From Alphaproteobacteria bacterium (GTDB taxonomy: Bacteria; Pseudomonadota; Alphaproteobacteria; Rs-D84), in assembly GCA_015062485.1 (NCBI GenBank), contig SUUO01000005.1, positions 658 through 64,657 of the forward strand: a DNA stretch of 64,000 nucleotides. Direction: 5' to 3'. The notes under the pieces are model-generated. The model saw only the letters and a program-made list of their open reading frames with translations. It made no database searches and was not told where the DNA came from. The position numbers and the translations under genes were made by a program. Shown piece by piece: positions 10,051 to 18,895 of the stretch (position 1 is its first letter; each line of letters opens with the position of its first letter).

Positions 10051-10837
10051 CCCCCTGATTTAACAAACGCTTATAAGCCTCTTTCTTTGAAATCCCGCTG
10101 CGTGCGGCCAATTCAGCCGCCGCATTTTTTGTGCGTCCCCCCACAATATCATTGACAATTTCTGATATTTCATCGTCTGTCATTTTTTTATCGGGCGCCG
10201 GCCCAACCACAATAACAATTTCACCACGTGGTGGCTCTATACGCAATAAATCTGCGGGATATCCAATAATGGTCTCTTCGTGAATTTTTGTAATTTCGCG
10301 CACAATCGCAATTTGACGTTCGGGCATAACACGTGCAAATTCCGCGATTGTTTTCATAATGCGGTTTGGACTTTCATAGTAAATAATAGTATGACGAATT
10401 TTATTGTCATCACGCAATTTCTTGTCATCAAAAAAGCCACAGAACGTAAATCGATCGGTTGGAAATCCCGACAGCACCAGCGCACTTATCACCGCCGTTG
10501 GCCCCGGCACAACAAACACATCCACACCCGCCGCACGTGCCGCACGCACAATACGAAATCCCGGGTCACTTACCCCCGGCATCCCCGCATCCGTCACAAC
10601 CGCCACCGATTGTCCCATTTGAATTTTTTCAATCAGTCCATCGATAACATCGCGTTCATTATGTTCGTGACACGAAACCCGCTTTGTCTTTATATCGAAC
10701 CGTGTGGCCAGTTTTCCAAACACCCGCGTATCTTCGGCCGCGATTAAATCGACGTTTTGTAAAACCTCTATCGCGCGTGGCGACATATCAGACAAATTTC
10801 CAATTGGCGTTCCGACAATATAAAGCCCTGATTGCAT
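10037..10837 (-). CDS. rsmI: 16S rRNA (cytidine1402-2'-O)-methyltransferase RsmI
   Basis: LYIVGTPIGNLSDMSPRAIEVL..VDLIAAEDTR and the tetrapyrrole-methylase fold. Confidence 0.9.
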   Translation of the reverse strand: MQSGLYIVGTPIGNLSDMSPRAIEVLQNVDLIAAEDTRVFGKLATRFDIKTKRVSCHEHNERDVIDGLIEKIQMGQSVAVVTDAGMPGVSDPGFRIVRAARAAGVDVFVVPGPTAVISALVLSGFPTDRFTFCGFFDDKKLRDDNKIRHTIIYYESPNRIMKTIAEFARVMPERQIAIVREITKIHEETIIGYPADLLRIEPPRGEIVIVVGPAPDKKMTDDEISEIVNDIVGGRTKNAAAELAARSGISKKEAYKRLLNQGGEDD

Positions 10838-10891
10838 TCAAAATCCTTTTATAGTAAAATGATACAAAATAAAATGGATTTTTCAATGTAT

Positions 10892-12490
10892 ATGAACAAA
10901 TTTTTAAAATTTTTAGGCTTGATTGGATTATTGGCTGGATGCGCAACAACCGCGCCCGATGGCACCTGGTCTGATGGTTATGACACAACCCAGGTGGGCC
11001 AGCCTATAAATATGCAATACGGTCGCCCAATGGATGAATATGGCACATTGGCACCCGACGATGCAACACCACATCGTATTGCGGTATTATTACCAACATC
11101 TGGAAAAAACTCTGAAATAGGCAAAAGTATTCAAACATCTATTACAACGGCGGCACTGGAACACAATATGCCAAACCTGTCTGTGGCATTTTATGACACC
11201 GCAAGCGACGCCACCACCGCAATCAGGGATGCCCTGGCCACGAATCCAGAAATAATAATCGGTCCGGTGTTTGCCGAAAACGCACGTATTTTACGTGACA
11301 CAAAGCCTGAAAATATTCCGGCCCTGTCCTTTACATCGGATGCGACGGCGGTTGGCAATGGTGTTATGACAATGGCGTTAATGCCAACAAATTCTGTTGA
11401 AACAATCGTCAGTCAAATGTCCGCCGACGGCGTGAAATCATTTATCATTCTGTCACCAAACACAACGTCTGGAAAACTGATGGCGGCCGCGGCCACAAAT
11501 GCGGCGGATATTTATAATGTTCCAGTGGGTGGCCTGTTCTATTACGACGAAGGTAACGCAAATTCAATCAAAGACACATCCAAGACCGCATCTATGAACA
11601 CGGCACGCGCGGCGGCAAACATACGCGCCCGCGAAATTTTGTCTGATATTTTAAGTAACGAACGCTTAACCGCACTGGAATATTCCAATCTGAATATGCA
11701 ACTGGAAAAGATTTCCCGCACCGACACATTGGGTCCCGTACCATATGATGCGATACTATTCCTGGGCAACGCAGATGATACAAAAAAACTGGCATCGTTT
11801 ATGCGATACTATGGCGTATCATCACGCGACGCGGCACATTATGGTACCGCAATGTGGGATGGTACGGATATTGCAGGCGATCTGACCCTGACTGGGGCAA
11901 AATATGCCAGCCTGCCCACAACAAGTGAAACATTTTCCACAACATATACCAGTGTGACGGGAAACGCACCATCGCGCCTGGCAACGTTTGGATATGATGC
12001 AACCAATATGGCAATCGGTATGCTAAAATCCGACAAAAGTGATGCCGCATACCTACTGGACCCCAGTGGTTATATCGGCACAGACGGCCTGTTTCGCCTT
12101 AAACCAAACGGCGATAATGAACGCGCATTGCGTATTGTAAAATTAAATGGCGACGGCACAACCACAGACATAAAAACCGCACCAACAAATTTCATTCGCC
12201 CAATATATAATATTGAACCGCGTCGCATTACCCCCGCCGAACCATTTAATTTAAAAACCCGGGGCATAAATCCAAACGATTATATTCGTATCCCAGAACG
12301 TCTGATGGAAAAATATAAATCACAAACATATGGTGCGAATATGACGGCCGAGCCGGCACCGCAACCAACAAACGTCGTAACCGTTGTCCCCACCGATGAA
12401 AGCGCCCCCGTGCGCGTATCGGAATATACGCCGGTAAAACTAGAATCTGTTAACAGAAAATATATCGACGAAATTGAAATAGAAGAATAA
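10892..12490 (+). CDS. LpoA/LppC-like penicillin-binding-protein activator lipoprotein
   Basis: Lipobox LLAGC. The periplasmic-binding-protein-like core (IAVLLPTSGKNSEIGKSI...YDTASD...IIIGPVF) and the divergent position next to rsmI match E. coli rsmI/lpoA. Confidence 0.65.
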   Translation: MNKFLKFLGLIGLLAGCATTAPDGTWSDGYDTTQVGQPINMQYGRPMDEYGTLAPDDATPHRIAVLLPTSGKNSEIGKSIQTSITTAALEHNMPNLSVAFYDTASDATTAIRDALATNPEIIIGPVFAENARILRDTKPENIPALSFTSDATAVGNGVMTMALMPTNSVETIVSQMSADGVKSFIILSPNTTSGKLMAAAATNAADIYNVPVGGLFYYDEGNANSIKDTSKTASMNTARAAANIRAREILSDILSNERLTALEYSNLNMQLEKISRTDTLGPVPYDAILFLGNADDTKKLASFMRYYGVSSRDAAHYGTAMWDGTDIAGDLTLTGAKYASLPTTSETFSTTYTSVTGNAPSRLATFGYDATNMAIGMLKSDKSDAAYLLDPSGYIGTDGLFRLKPNGDNERALRIVKLNGDGTTTDIKTAPTNFIRPIYNIEPRRITPAEPFNLKTRGINPNDYIRIPERLMEKYKSQTYGANMTAEPAPQPTNVVTVVPTDESAPVRVSEYTPVKLESVNRKYIDEIEIEE

Positions 12491-12536
12491 CATCCTTTTG
12501 CGATATATCCCGGCGCATTATAGAATATACCGGGAT

Positions 12537-13685
12537 ATGCGCATTTGTTTTTTTATCTTCTGTGTTTTTGTAATATTGTCGCGCCACGTATACGCATCAA
12601 ACAACATTGCCGCCCTTTCCGACACGGTTCGCAAAAATCCATCCAATGCGGATGCACGATATGAATTAGCAAAACTATATTTTGATACACACCAATATTC
12701 CGCCGCACAATATAACTTTGAATTTGCCACCGCCCAATGCGATGCACCCGACGATATAAATAAATACCTGTCAGATATTCGTCGATTAAAAAAATGGGAT
12801 ACCGAATTTGGTATCGGCGCCATCCCCGACAACAGTATTAATTTCGCCCCATCCAATCGTCACGAATGTATGCAAACACCAAATGGCCCACTGTGCCAAG
12901 AACTGGAATACAATCCATCTGGATTTGGTCTAAACATAAATGGCGCAGTAAATTATTATACCAATATTTATAAAAACCTTGGGTTACGTACAACATTTGG
13001 TGGCGCAATTTTAAACACATCAAACGATATCCCGACGGATTATTCCGCCCGCTTTGCCATCGGCCCACGATATATATTTTCCCACGGTGATATATTTATT
13101 CAGCCATCTTTTGGCACCCGCTTTTATAACAATCACCTTTACAATACAACATATGGTGCGCGCATTGGTGGCACATTGCAATTTCCATCCAGATTATTTA
13201 CAGACGTCGCCCTGGATATTCAAAAGAGCCATTATCATAACGAAAAAATAAACAATATTCTGTCTGGGTTTGATTGGACGTTCTATGTACATCCAAAATA
13301 TTACCTGAACAACCACAGTTTTATTTCATTTACCGCGGCCATATCACATAATGACACGGCTGTTTCCGCCCTGGGGTTTGACACAGGCCGCATTGCGATT
13401 GGATATTTTTACAAGATTCCATATGGATTTAATTTTTATATAAACGCGATGTATTCACATAACACATACCATACATCTGGCACATTCATCATAGACGACA
13501 CATTTCATTACGCCACCAGACGCGACAACACATATCAAATATACACCCGCATTTATAACAGTTACATAAACCTTTATAACTTTATTCCCGCAATCAGTTA
13601 TACATACACATACCTAGATTCCAACATCCCGACATACGACCGCCACACACACCAGGCAATGCTTGAAATCGTCCGGATGTTTTAA
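12537..13685 (+). CDS. Outer-membrane protein with an N-terminal TPR-like segment and a C-terminal beta-barrel (DUF560/Slam-like?)
   Basis: Signal peptide MRICFFIFCVFVILSRHVYA, a TPR-like helix pair (ADARYELAKLYFDTHQYSAAQ), alternating aromatic beta-strands, and a terminal Phe. Confidence 0.45.
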   Translation: MRICFFIFCVFVILSRHVYASNNIAALSDTVRKNPSNADARYELAKLYFDTHQYSAAQYNFEFATAQCDAPDDINKYLSDIRRLKKWDTEFGIGAIPDNSINFAPSNRHECMQTPNGPLCQELEYNPSGFGLNINGAVNYYTNIYKNLGLRTTFGGAILNTSNDIPTDYSARFAIGPRYIFSHGDIFIQPSFGTRFYNNHLYNTTYGARIGGTLQFPSRLFTDVALDIQKSHYHNEKINNILSGFDWTFYVHPKYYLNNHSFISFTAAISHNDTAVSALGFDTGRIAIGYFYKIPYGFNFYINAMYSHNTYHTSGTFIIDDTFHYATRRDNTYQIYTRIYNSYINLYNFIPAISYTYTYLDSNIPTYDRHTHQAMLEIVRMF

Positions 13686-13689
13686 AAAA

Positions 13690-13716
13690 CACCCACACAC
13701 GGGGGTGATTTTATTT
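13690..13716 (+). terminator. Intrinsic terminator
   Basis: caccc-acacac-gggtg hairpin followed by a T-rich run. Confidence 0.6.
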
Positions 13717-13718
13717 CT

Positions 13719-13733
13719 GGTGGGAGTGGCTGA
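13719..13733 (-). repeat. 15-nt copy of the tRNA-Tyr 3' end (tggtgggagtggctg)
   Basis: Identical to 13903-13917, same orientation, 184 bp away. Confidence 0.9.
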
Positions 13734-13863
13734 TTCCCTCGGACAAATGTCCTGCGGGGCATTCGTTAGCACTCGAACTGCGCACTGCTTGTTCTCGCTG
13801 ACTCATTGTCGAACCGGCAATCTTATGATTGCGTGGTTTAAATCCATAAACCACAACACACTA

Positions 13864-13900
13864 AAAATAAATGGCCGCCTTTCAGCGACCATTTATTTTT
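13864..13900. terminator. AT-rich hairpin just 3' of tRNA-Tyr
   Basis: aaaataaatgg (13864-13874) pairs with ccatttatttt (13889-13899). Confidence 0.55.
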
Positions 13901-13902
13901 AG

Positions 13903-13989
13903 TGGTGGGAGTGGCTGGATTCGAACCAGCTCAGGCTTAAGCCAACAGATTTACAGTCTGCCCCGGCTCTCCAACTCCGGCGCACGCCC
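13903..13989 (-). tRNA. tRNA-Tyr (GUA), long variable arm
   Basis: Manual fold: anticodon loop CUGUAAA, variable hairpin GGCUUAAGCC, T arm GCUGG-UUCGAAU-CCAGC, encoded CCA. The acceptor stem has one C4:U69 mismatch, and position 8 is C. Confidence 0.8.
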
Positions 13990-14042
13990 GAACTTATCGC
14001 CACACGCTTTTGTGGCCTGCCACACGAAGCCTTGGCGAAGTG

Positions 14043-14117
14043 TGGTGCGGGCAGCGGGAATCGAACCCGCATTTCAAGCTTGGAAGGCTTGCATACTAGC
14101 CTTTGTACTATGCCCGC
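14043..14117 (-). tRNA. tRNA-Gly (UCC)
   Basis: GCGGGCA acceptor, anticodon loop CUUCCAA, T arm GCGGG-UUCGAUU-CCCGC, CCA. Close to E. coli tRNA-Gly(UCC). Confidence 0.9.
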
Positions 14118-14173
14118 AACAAATTCAAAGCCTTACGATTATATATTATCTAGACATAAAATCAAGCATTTAT

Positions 14174-15949
14174 TTATTCGTGTTTTAACAAACTTTGCAC
14201 CGCCAATGGGAAATCGGGACTGTTCGCTAAATAAGAGCCACTGACCAACAAATCCGCACCCGCCCCCCAGCACATTTGTGCCGTCTTGTCATTTATCCCG
14301 CCATCAACCGATATCAAGAATTTTAATCCATACTTTTTACGTGTCGCCGCCAACACCGAAATTTTATGCAGACAATCTGGTCTAAAATCTTGGCCCGCCG
14401 CGCCCGGCACAACCGTCATAACCATAACCTCGTCCAGGTCACGCAAAACATCTTTTAAAATCGTCACCGATGAATCCGGATGCAACGCAATTCCCACACG
14501 CTTTCCGGCACTTTTTACCACCCGCACCGCATTACGCACCCCCGATGTATTTGTTGATAATATCACGGTATCTGCCCCGGCCGCAACGGCATCGGCGGCC
14601 CAGACGGCGGGACTTTCCGTCATCAAATGCACGTGCAGATGCGCATTCGTATGTGATCTTATAAATTTAATATAATCAATGCTGCCCGCGACCCTGTCCA
14701 CATAAAACCCATCCATAATATCGACGTGAATCATCGATATTCCACCCGCCTTGAACAAAGAATAAGTTTCGGGCCGTTTCATATCAAAGCACAGTGTACT
14801 GGGTAAAATCGGGATAAACTTTGGTTTGGCCTTTTTCTTGCGCGGGGTAAATATCCCACCGACGCGTTCTATAAAAGAATGAATTTTTGCGTGGCGCGCC
14901 AAATAAGCATTACGCTTTCCGGCAAACAAATTCCAAACATATTGCGACAATGCGCGAACGGTTGCATCACCCCCCATAACCTCGGTCGGGACGGCAAATG
15001 TATTTTCAATCAAATCACGTACACCACCCATCTCGGCCCCGCCACCAGTCAAGACAATACGACCCGGCCGATATTTTTCAAATGCCCCATTCCCAGAATC
15101 ACGAATTTTACCAACCACATCCAAGACAACCGGCAACACAATATCATTTACATCACCGCGTGAAAATCCATACGCGGTATCCGCCGGTGTAAATCGATCC
15201 ATTTCCTTTGGTATTAAATCTGCGACCGCCTGTTTAATACGTGTGGCCTCTTCGAAATCTATATTGAACGCATCGGCAATGTCGTTGGTTATCTTTGTGC
15301 CGCCAATCGGAACCTTGATATGCCACACCGGTCCCCGGTCCGTCCAAATTGACGCAGATGTAAATTCCGCCCCAAAATCTATGAACATAGTATTTTGTTT
15401 TGGCTTTCTAAACGCGGCATTTTGCACAAACTGTGGGTCAAAGAACGCACGCGGTTCAACATACGCGTGATGCATTAACGAATGCAGATTATCCAACCTG
15501 TCTAATCTATAAAATATTGCCCCAAACAACGCCACCAGTTGTCGGTCAACACACCCCACCGGATTCAGCATATCACGCGCCCCGGGCCGACTGTACGCCA
15601 ACGGTACAATATGAATTGGATGAAATTCTTTTGGTGGCAAAATTTGCGATATAAGGTTCCGCACATCCGATTGATTGATTTTATGTTCCCCCGACCAGGT
15701 TATACTTTTAACCGTTGCCTGATAAATCGATGGCCCAAAATTTCCGGTAATGTATGCCGAATCCAGATTTCTGCCAATTTGCTTTTCCAACGCCGACACA
15801 ACCGATTTAATTGCAAAAATAGTATCAAAACTGTCCACAGAAAAGACCGCAGACTTGGCAATATTTCCAGATTTAATATGATGCGCAATACCACGAACAC
15901 CCGCCGTGCCGATATCCAGACACAAAAAACAAGAATCCATCATATTCAT
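14174..15949 (-). CDS. ftsA: FtsA (actin-like cell-division ATPase) fused in frame to ribulose-phosphate 3-epimerase
   Basis: N-terminal ~385 aa: LDIGTAGVRG, FIDFGAEFTSASIW, IVLTGGGAEMGGVRDLIE. C-terminal ~195 aa: HVDIMDG, HVHLM, MTVVPGAAGQDF, SVDGGI, VSGS. There is no in-frame stop between the two parts. Confidence 0.8.
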   Translation of the reverse strand: MNMMDSCFLCLDIGTAGVRGIAHHIKSGNIAKSAVFSVDSFDTIFAIKSVVSALEKQIGRNLDSAYITGNFGPSIYQATVKSITWSGEHKINQSDVRNLISQILPPKEFHPIHIVPLAYSRPGARDMLNPVGCVDRQLVALFGAIFYRLDRLDNLHSLMHHAYVEPRAFFDPQFVQNAAFRKPKQNTMFIDFGAEFTSASIWTDRGPVWHIKVPIGGTKITNDIADAFNIDFEEATRIKQAVADLIPKEMDRFTPADTAYGFSRGDVNDIVLPVVLDVVGKIRDSGNGAFEKYRPGRIVLTGGGAEMGGVRDLIENTFAVPTEVMGGDATVRALSQYVWNLFAGKRNAYLARHAKIHSFIERVGGIFTPRKKKAKPKFIPILPSTLCFDMKRPETYSLFKAGGISMIHVDIMDGFYVDRVAGSIDYIKFIRSHTNAHLHVHLMTESPAVWAADAVAAGADTVILSTNTSGVRNAVRVVKSAGKRVGIALHPDSSVTILKDVLRDLDEVMVMTVVPGAAGQDFRPDCLHKISVLAATRKKYGLKFLISVDGGINDKTAQMCWGAGADLLVSGSYLANSPDFPLAVQSLLKHE

Positions 15950-15961
15950 TGTTCATATCGC

Positions 15962-16639
15962 CTATTTAACCAATATACGTGCATCATCACGCATATCAAT
16001 AACCTGAATCTTTTTACCCAGAATCCCGTGATTTTGATTTAAAGATATAAGTGTACTTATTGCCTGAACCGGGTTATTTTCTGGCAACATAACGGTAATC
16101 CCACCCATCGTAACCAGATTCCAGCGTCTGTTTTCAATCCATTCTAAATACGCCACATCCGCCACCATATTGCGTGCGGCCGCCGTTATATCTGATATAT
16201 CATCTGGCAGCGTACCAATAAACACCACCGCCCCTAAATCACGCACATCACTGGGACTATTTACCACCGTACCATCGGCAGAAAGCGGAAAATAACTTGC
16301 CCCATCGGACCATTGGGCCACCGCACGATGCATATCCGCCCGCACCGCCAAATTTCCATTTGGCAAACGCCGCACCGCGGACTTTTTCACCCCCGGCACC
16401 GCACCAATCCGTGCATTCAGCGCATCCAAGTCCACATTATAAGAATTTCGCACCAATCCACCCGCGGCCGCGCGCATTGCATCCATATCCGCATCGCGCG
16501 AATCTGTTACAATAGAAATATTATGCACCTGGGCCAGTTTTCCCCGTCCCATTCCAACCATAATAATTCGTGTCGCAAAATATATCGCCATAAATATGGC
16601 AACCACAAAACATACCCAAAACCAGATTGAACGTTTCAT
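15962..16639 (-). CDS. ftsQ: Cell division protein FtsQ
   Basis: N-terminal TM (IWFWVCFVVAIFMAIYFA) and a POTRA-like region (IVTDSRDADMDAMRAAAG...), directly upstream of ftsA. The start is uncertain (ATG at 16639 chosen). Confidence 0.75.
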   Translation of the reverse strand: MKRSIWFWVCFVVAIFMAIYFATRIIMVGMGRGKLAQVHNISIVTDSRDADMDAMRAAAGGLVRNSYNVDLDALNARIGAVPGVKKSAVRRLPNGNLAVRADMHRAVAQWSDGASYFPLSADGTVVNSPSDVRDLGAVVFIGTLPDDISDITAAARNMVADVAYLEWIENRRWNLVTMGGITVMLPENNPVQAISTLISLNQNHGILGKKIQVIDMRDDARILVK

Positions 16640-16722
16640 AACCGACATTATATCATAAAAAACAAGAGACATAAAATTTAATTTCACGTCTCTTGTCTTA
16701 TATCTCGCATCTTGTAATTTTA

Positions 16723-17112
16723 CTACATTGCGCGCAACAAATACCCACGCCGAAACATACACCGTCTGTACGCACCAACCGTCTTCGACGATTGATTACG
16801 CGGCACAGACAACAATGCGCGCTGTCCAACGTCTTTGTATTCATTCGATTGAAACGTCACCCACAAACCATCCCAATCTGGCATCAATGCACTTTGATTT
16901 GGTGACAATAATTTTGCAATACGTGACCGCGGCAGATAAGATGGTTCATTTATCCCCAGGCACGACCGATGATCGCGCACAAATTGTTCCATTGTTACCG
17001 CCTCATTTTCCCAGTTAAGGATTGTTGCATCATCAATACTGCCCCGGTTTGGTGACGCACACCCCCCCAGCGCAATAACGGCAAACAAAACACCCAGGAA
17101 TTTTATTCTCAT
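16723..17112 (-). CDS. Hypothetical lipoprotein
   Basis: MRIKFLGVLFAVIALGGC signal peptide plus lipobox from the ATG at 17112. Confidence 0.6.
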   Translation of the reverse strand: MRIKFLGVLFAVIALGGCASPNRGSIDDATILNWENEAVTMEQFVRDHRSCLGINEPSYLPRSRIAKLLSPNQSALMPDWDGLWVTFQSNEYKDVGQRALLSVPRNQSSKTVGAYRRCMFRRGYLLRAM

Positions 17113-17187
17113 ATTTGCATTATAATTTATTTGCGTTTGTGGGGCAATAGTTTTTATAATACCATAAAAGGACAAAGGAATTTATAT

Positions 17188-17511
17188 ATGGCACTGACCG
17201 TTCAGAACTTTATTAAATTTGCAAATTACTATAACCAAACCGCAATGCTTATGTCGGCCATCTGTGTGCAAAAGGGGGGCATTGCAATGGAAAACTATGT
17301 TGGTCGCTTTTACGCGGCGGACGTACTGGAATTTGTGGTTGAATATGGTCGCCGCCTTATTAAAAGCAATCCAAACATATCGCCTGAAATTGTATCTTTG
17401 GTTGAACGGTTCGGCGCCCAATTTGATCAGGTTCGCGACCTGGCCACGCCGACCCAGAAACCAATTCACGAAATGACATTGGCAGAATTTGAAAAACTTA
17501 TGAACATCTAA
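17188..17511 (+). CDS. Hypothetical soluble protein (107 aa)
   Basis: ATG preceded by aagga. The stop abuts the next gene. No recognisable motif. Confidence 0.45.
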   Translation: MALTVQNFIKFANYYNQTAMLMSAICVQKGGIAMENYVGRFYAADVLEFVVEYGRRLIKSNPNISPEIVSLVERFGAQFDQVRDLATPTQKPIHEMTLAEFEKLMNI

Positions 17512-17530
17512 TGTGGGAAAAGGGGACATT

Positions 17531-18880
17531 ATGAAAATCATTAACAAATATTTAACATATTTTTCAATTGCAATATCTGGGCTGGTATTGATGTCTGGGT
17601 GCGCCAAACAGAATCAACAGGCCCTTCAACAACCACAATATGATAATATAACTGTTGTTGATACATTGGTTATTGATGAAAATTCGGTTCCAATTTTCCC
17701 GAAAAAGGCGGCACTGACCACCGACACGGCGCGACGTTTTTCAATCGATTTACCCAAGCGTTGCAATGTCGATTGGAACAATCAAAACATTGTTTCCATT
17801 GTCCCCGAAGAAAAGATTGAAATCGTACGTCTGGAAACGGGTGACCCCCTGCCCGATTTACAGGTTTCAGATTATGAATTTAAAAAACTAACCGTAAAAC
17901 AGGCCTTGGATAAATTACTGGACGGCACCGACATTTCCGTTATCGAAGATGGCGAAATGATTGAACGCATTACCGGCACGATTTCATCGGGTGCATTATC
18001 AGACGCGGTTGAACTAATGGCAAAAATGGGCCACGCGTATTACTCATATGATGAAGCTGTTGGTGAAATTCACCTGACCCATCGTGGGAAATGGCTGGTC
18101 AAAATGCCAAAGAACGAAAGTATTATTATGGCACTGCTGGACGCTATGCACGGCGCGGATATGCGCAACCTGTTGGTCAACTGGGATGACAAAACCGTAA
18201 CCTTTGAAGGCAATTATCAGACCGAGCGCGAGGTTGCAAAAATCATATCTGACATCGCATCGAAAAAATATATGATTGGTTGGGACATTGATGTTTATCG
18301 TGTATACCCACGCACAGACAACCCAATCATCTGGATGAATTTGTTACCGGCATTTGGCGACAAGAATATCAAAATGTCGATACCAGGCGTTGTTGGACGC
18401 GCACTTGTCACCAGTTCTGAAATCAACACAAAAACATTGCAAGAATTCCTGTCACAACAGGCAAATGTTGTTTTAATATCCCAGGGGCAATTTGTAATCC
18501 CGAACGGTTGGCAATCACGCTTTGATATCGGCCAGTGCAGCAAAGAAGAACGCCTTGAAACAGACCTGGTAATTGGTGCAACGGCAACCTATGGTGATTA
18601 CGCAGGACGTGACAAAATCGATGCAAAAATTGTTCTGCGCACCAGTAATGGCGAATTATCATCGTTCACCATTCCATCCAGCGTTGGTGACAATTATGTA
18701 ATTGTTGGTATTCCAACACATTCGTTTGTTACAACACCGGAAACCTTAATCAGCCCATTTGCAGAATTGGTTGTATTTATGTCGCCGCGTTTGATTTCAA
18801 TTGTTGATCCGGCAACTATCCCAGACAACGCGTTGACCCCATTGGCGGGTGATGCATTGCGTGCATTTCTAAGTGAATAA
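17531..18880 (+). CDS. Secretin-like outer-membrane lipoprotein (PilN/BfpB-type candidate)
   Basis: Lipobox LMSGC. The C-terminus (...NYVIVGIP...FAELVVFMSPRLISIV) resembles the end of a secretin domain (..ELLIFITPRIV). Confidence 0.4.
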   Translation: MKIINKYLTYFSIAISGLVLMSGCAKQNQQALQQPQYDNITVVDTLVIDENSVPIFPKKAALTTDTARRFSIDLPKRCNVDWNNQNIVSIVPEEKIEIVRLETGDPLPDLQVSDYEFKKLTVKQALDKLLDGTDISVIEDGEMIERITGTISSGALSDAVELMAKMGHAYYSYDEAVGEIHLTHRGKWLVKMPKNESIIMALLDAMHGADMRNLLVNWDDKTVTFEGNYQTEREVAKIISDIASKKYMIGWDIDVYRVYPRTDNPIIWMNLLPAFGDKNIKMSIPGVVGRALVTSSEINTKTLQEFLSQQANVVLISQGQFVIPNGWQSRFDIGQCSKEERLETDLVIGATATYGDYAGRDKIDAKIVLRTSNGELSSFTIPSSVGDNYVIVGIPTHSFVTTPETLISPFAELVVFMSPRLISIVDPATIPDNALTPLAGDALRAFLSE

Positions 18881-18895
18881 AGGAATTAAACAAAA

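Noticed and set aside
13719-13900. Possible tmRNA (ssrA) piece or other tRNA-like RNA, because the segment ends in ..CCACUCCCACCA on the minus strand.
   Set aside because: There is no T-arm preceding the CCA. No tag reading frame ends in the usual ..(L/V)AA-stop, and there is no matching 5' acceptor strand. A duplicated tRNA-Tyr 3' end (att scar) explains the sequence better.
13663-14244. ORFs of 79, 105 and 70 aa spanning the tRNA-Tyr/tRNA-Gly region.
   Set aside because: They are read through two well-folded tRNA genes and terminator hairpins, so they are spurious.
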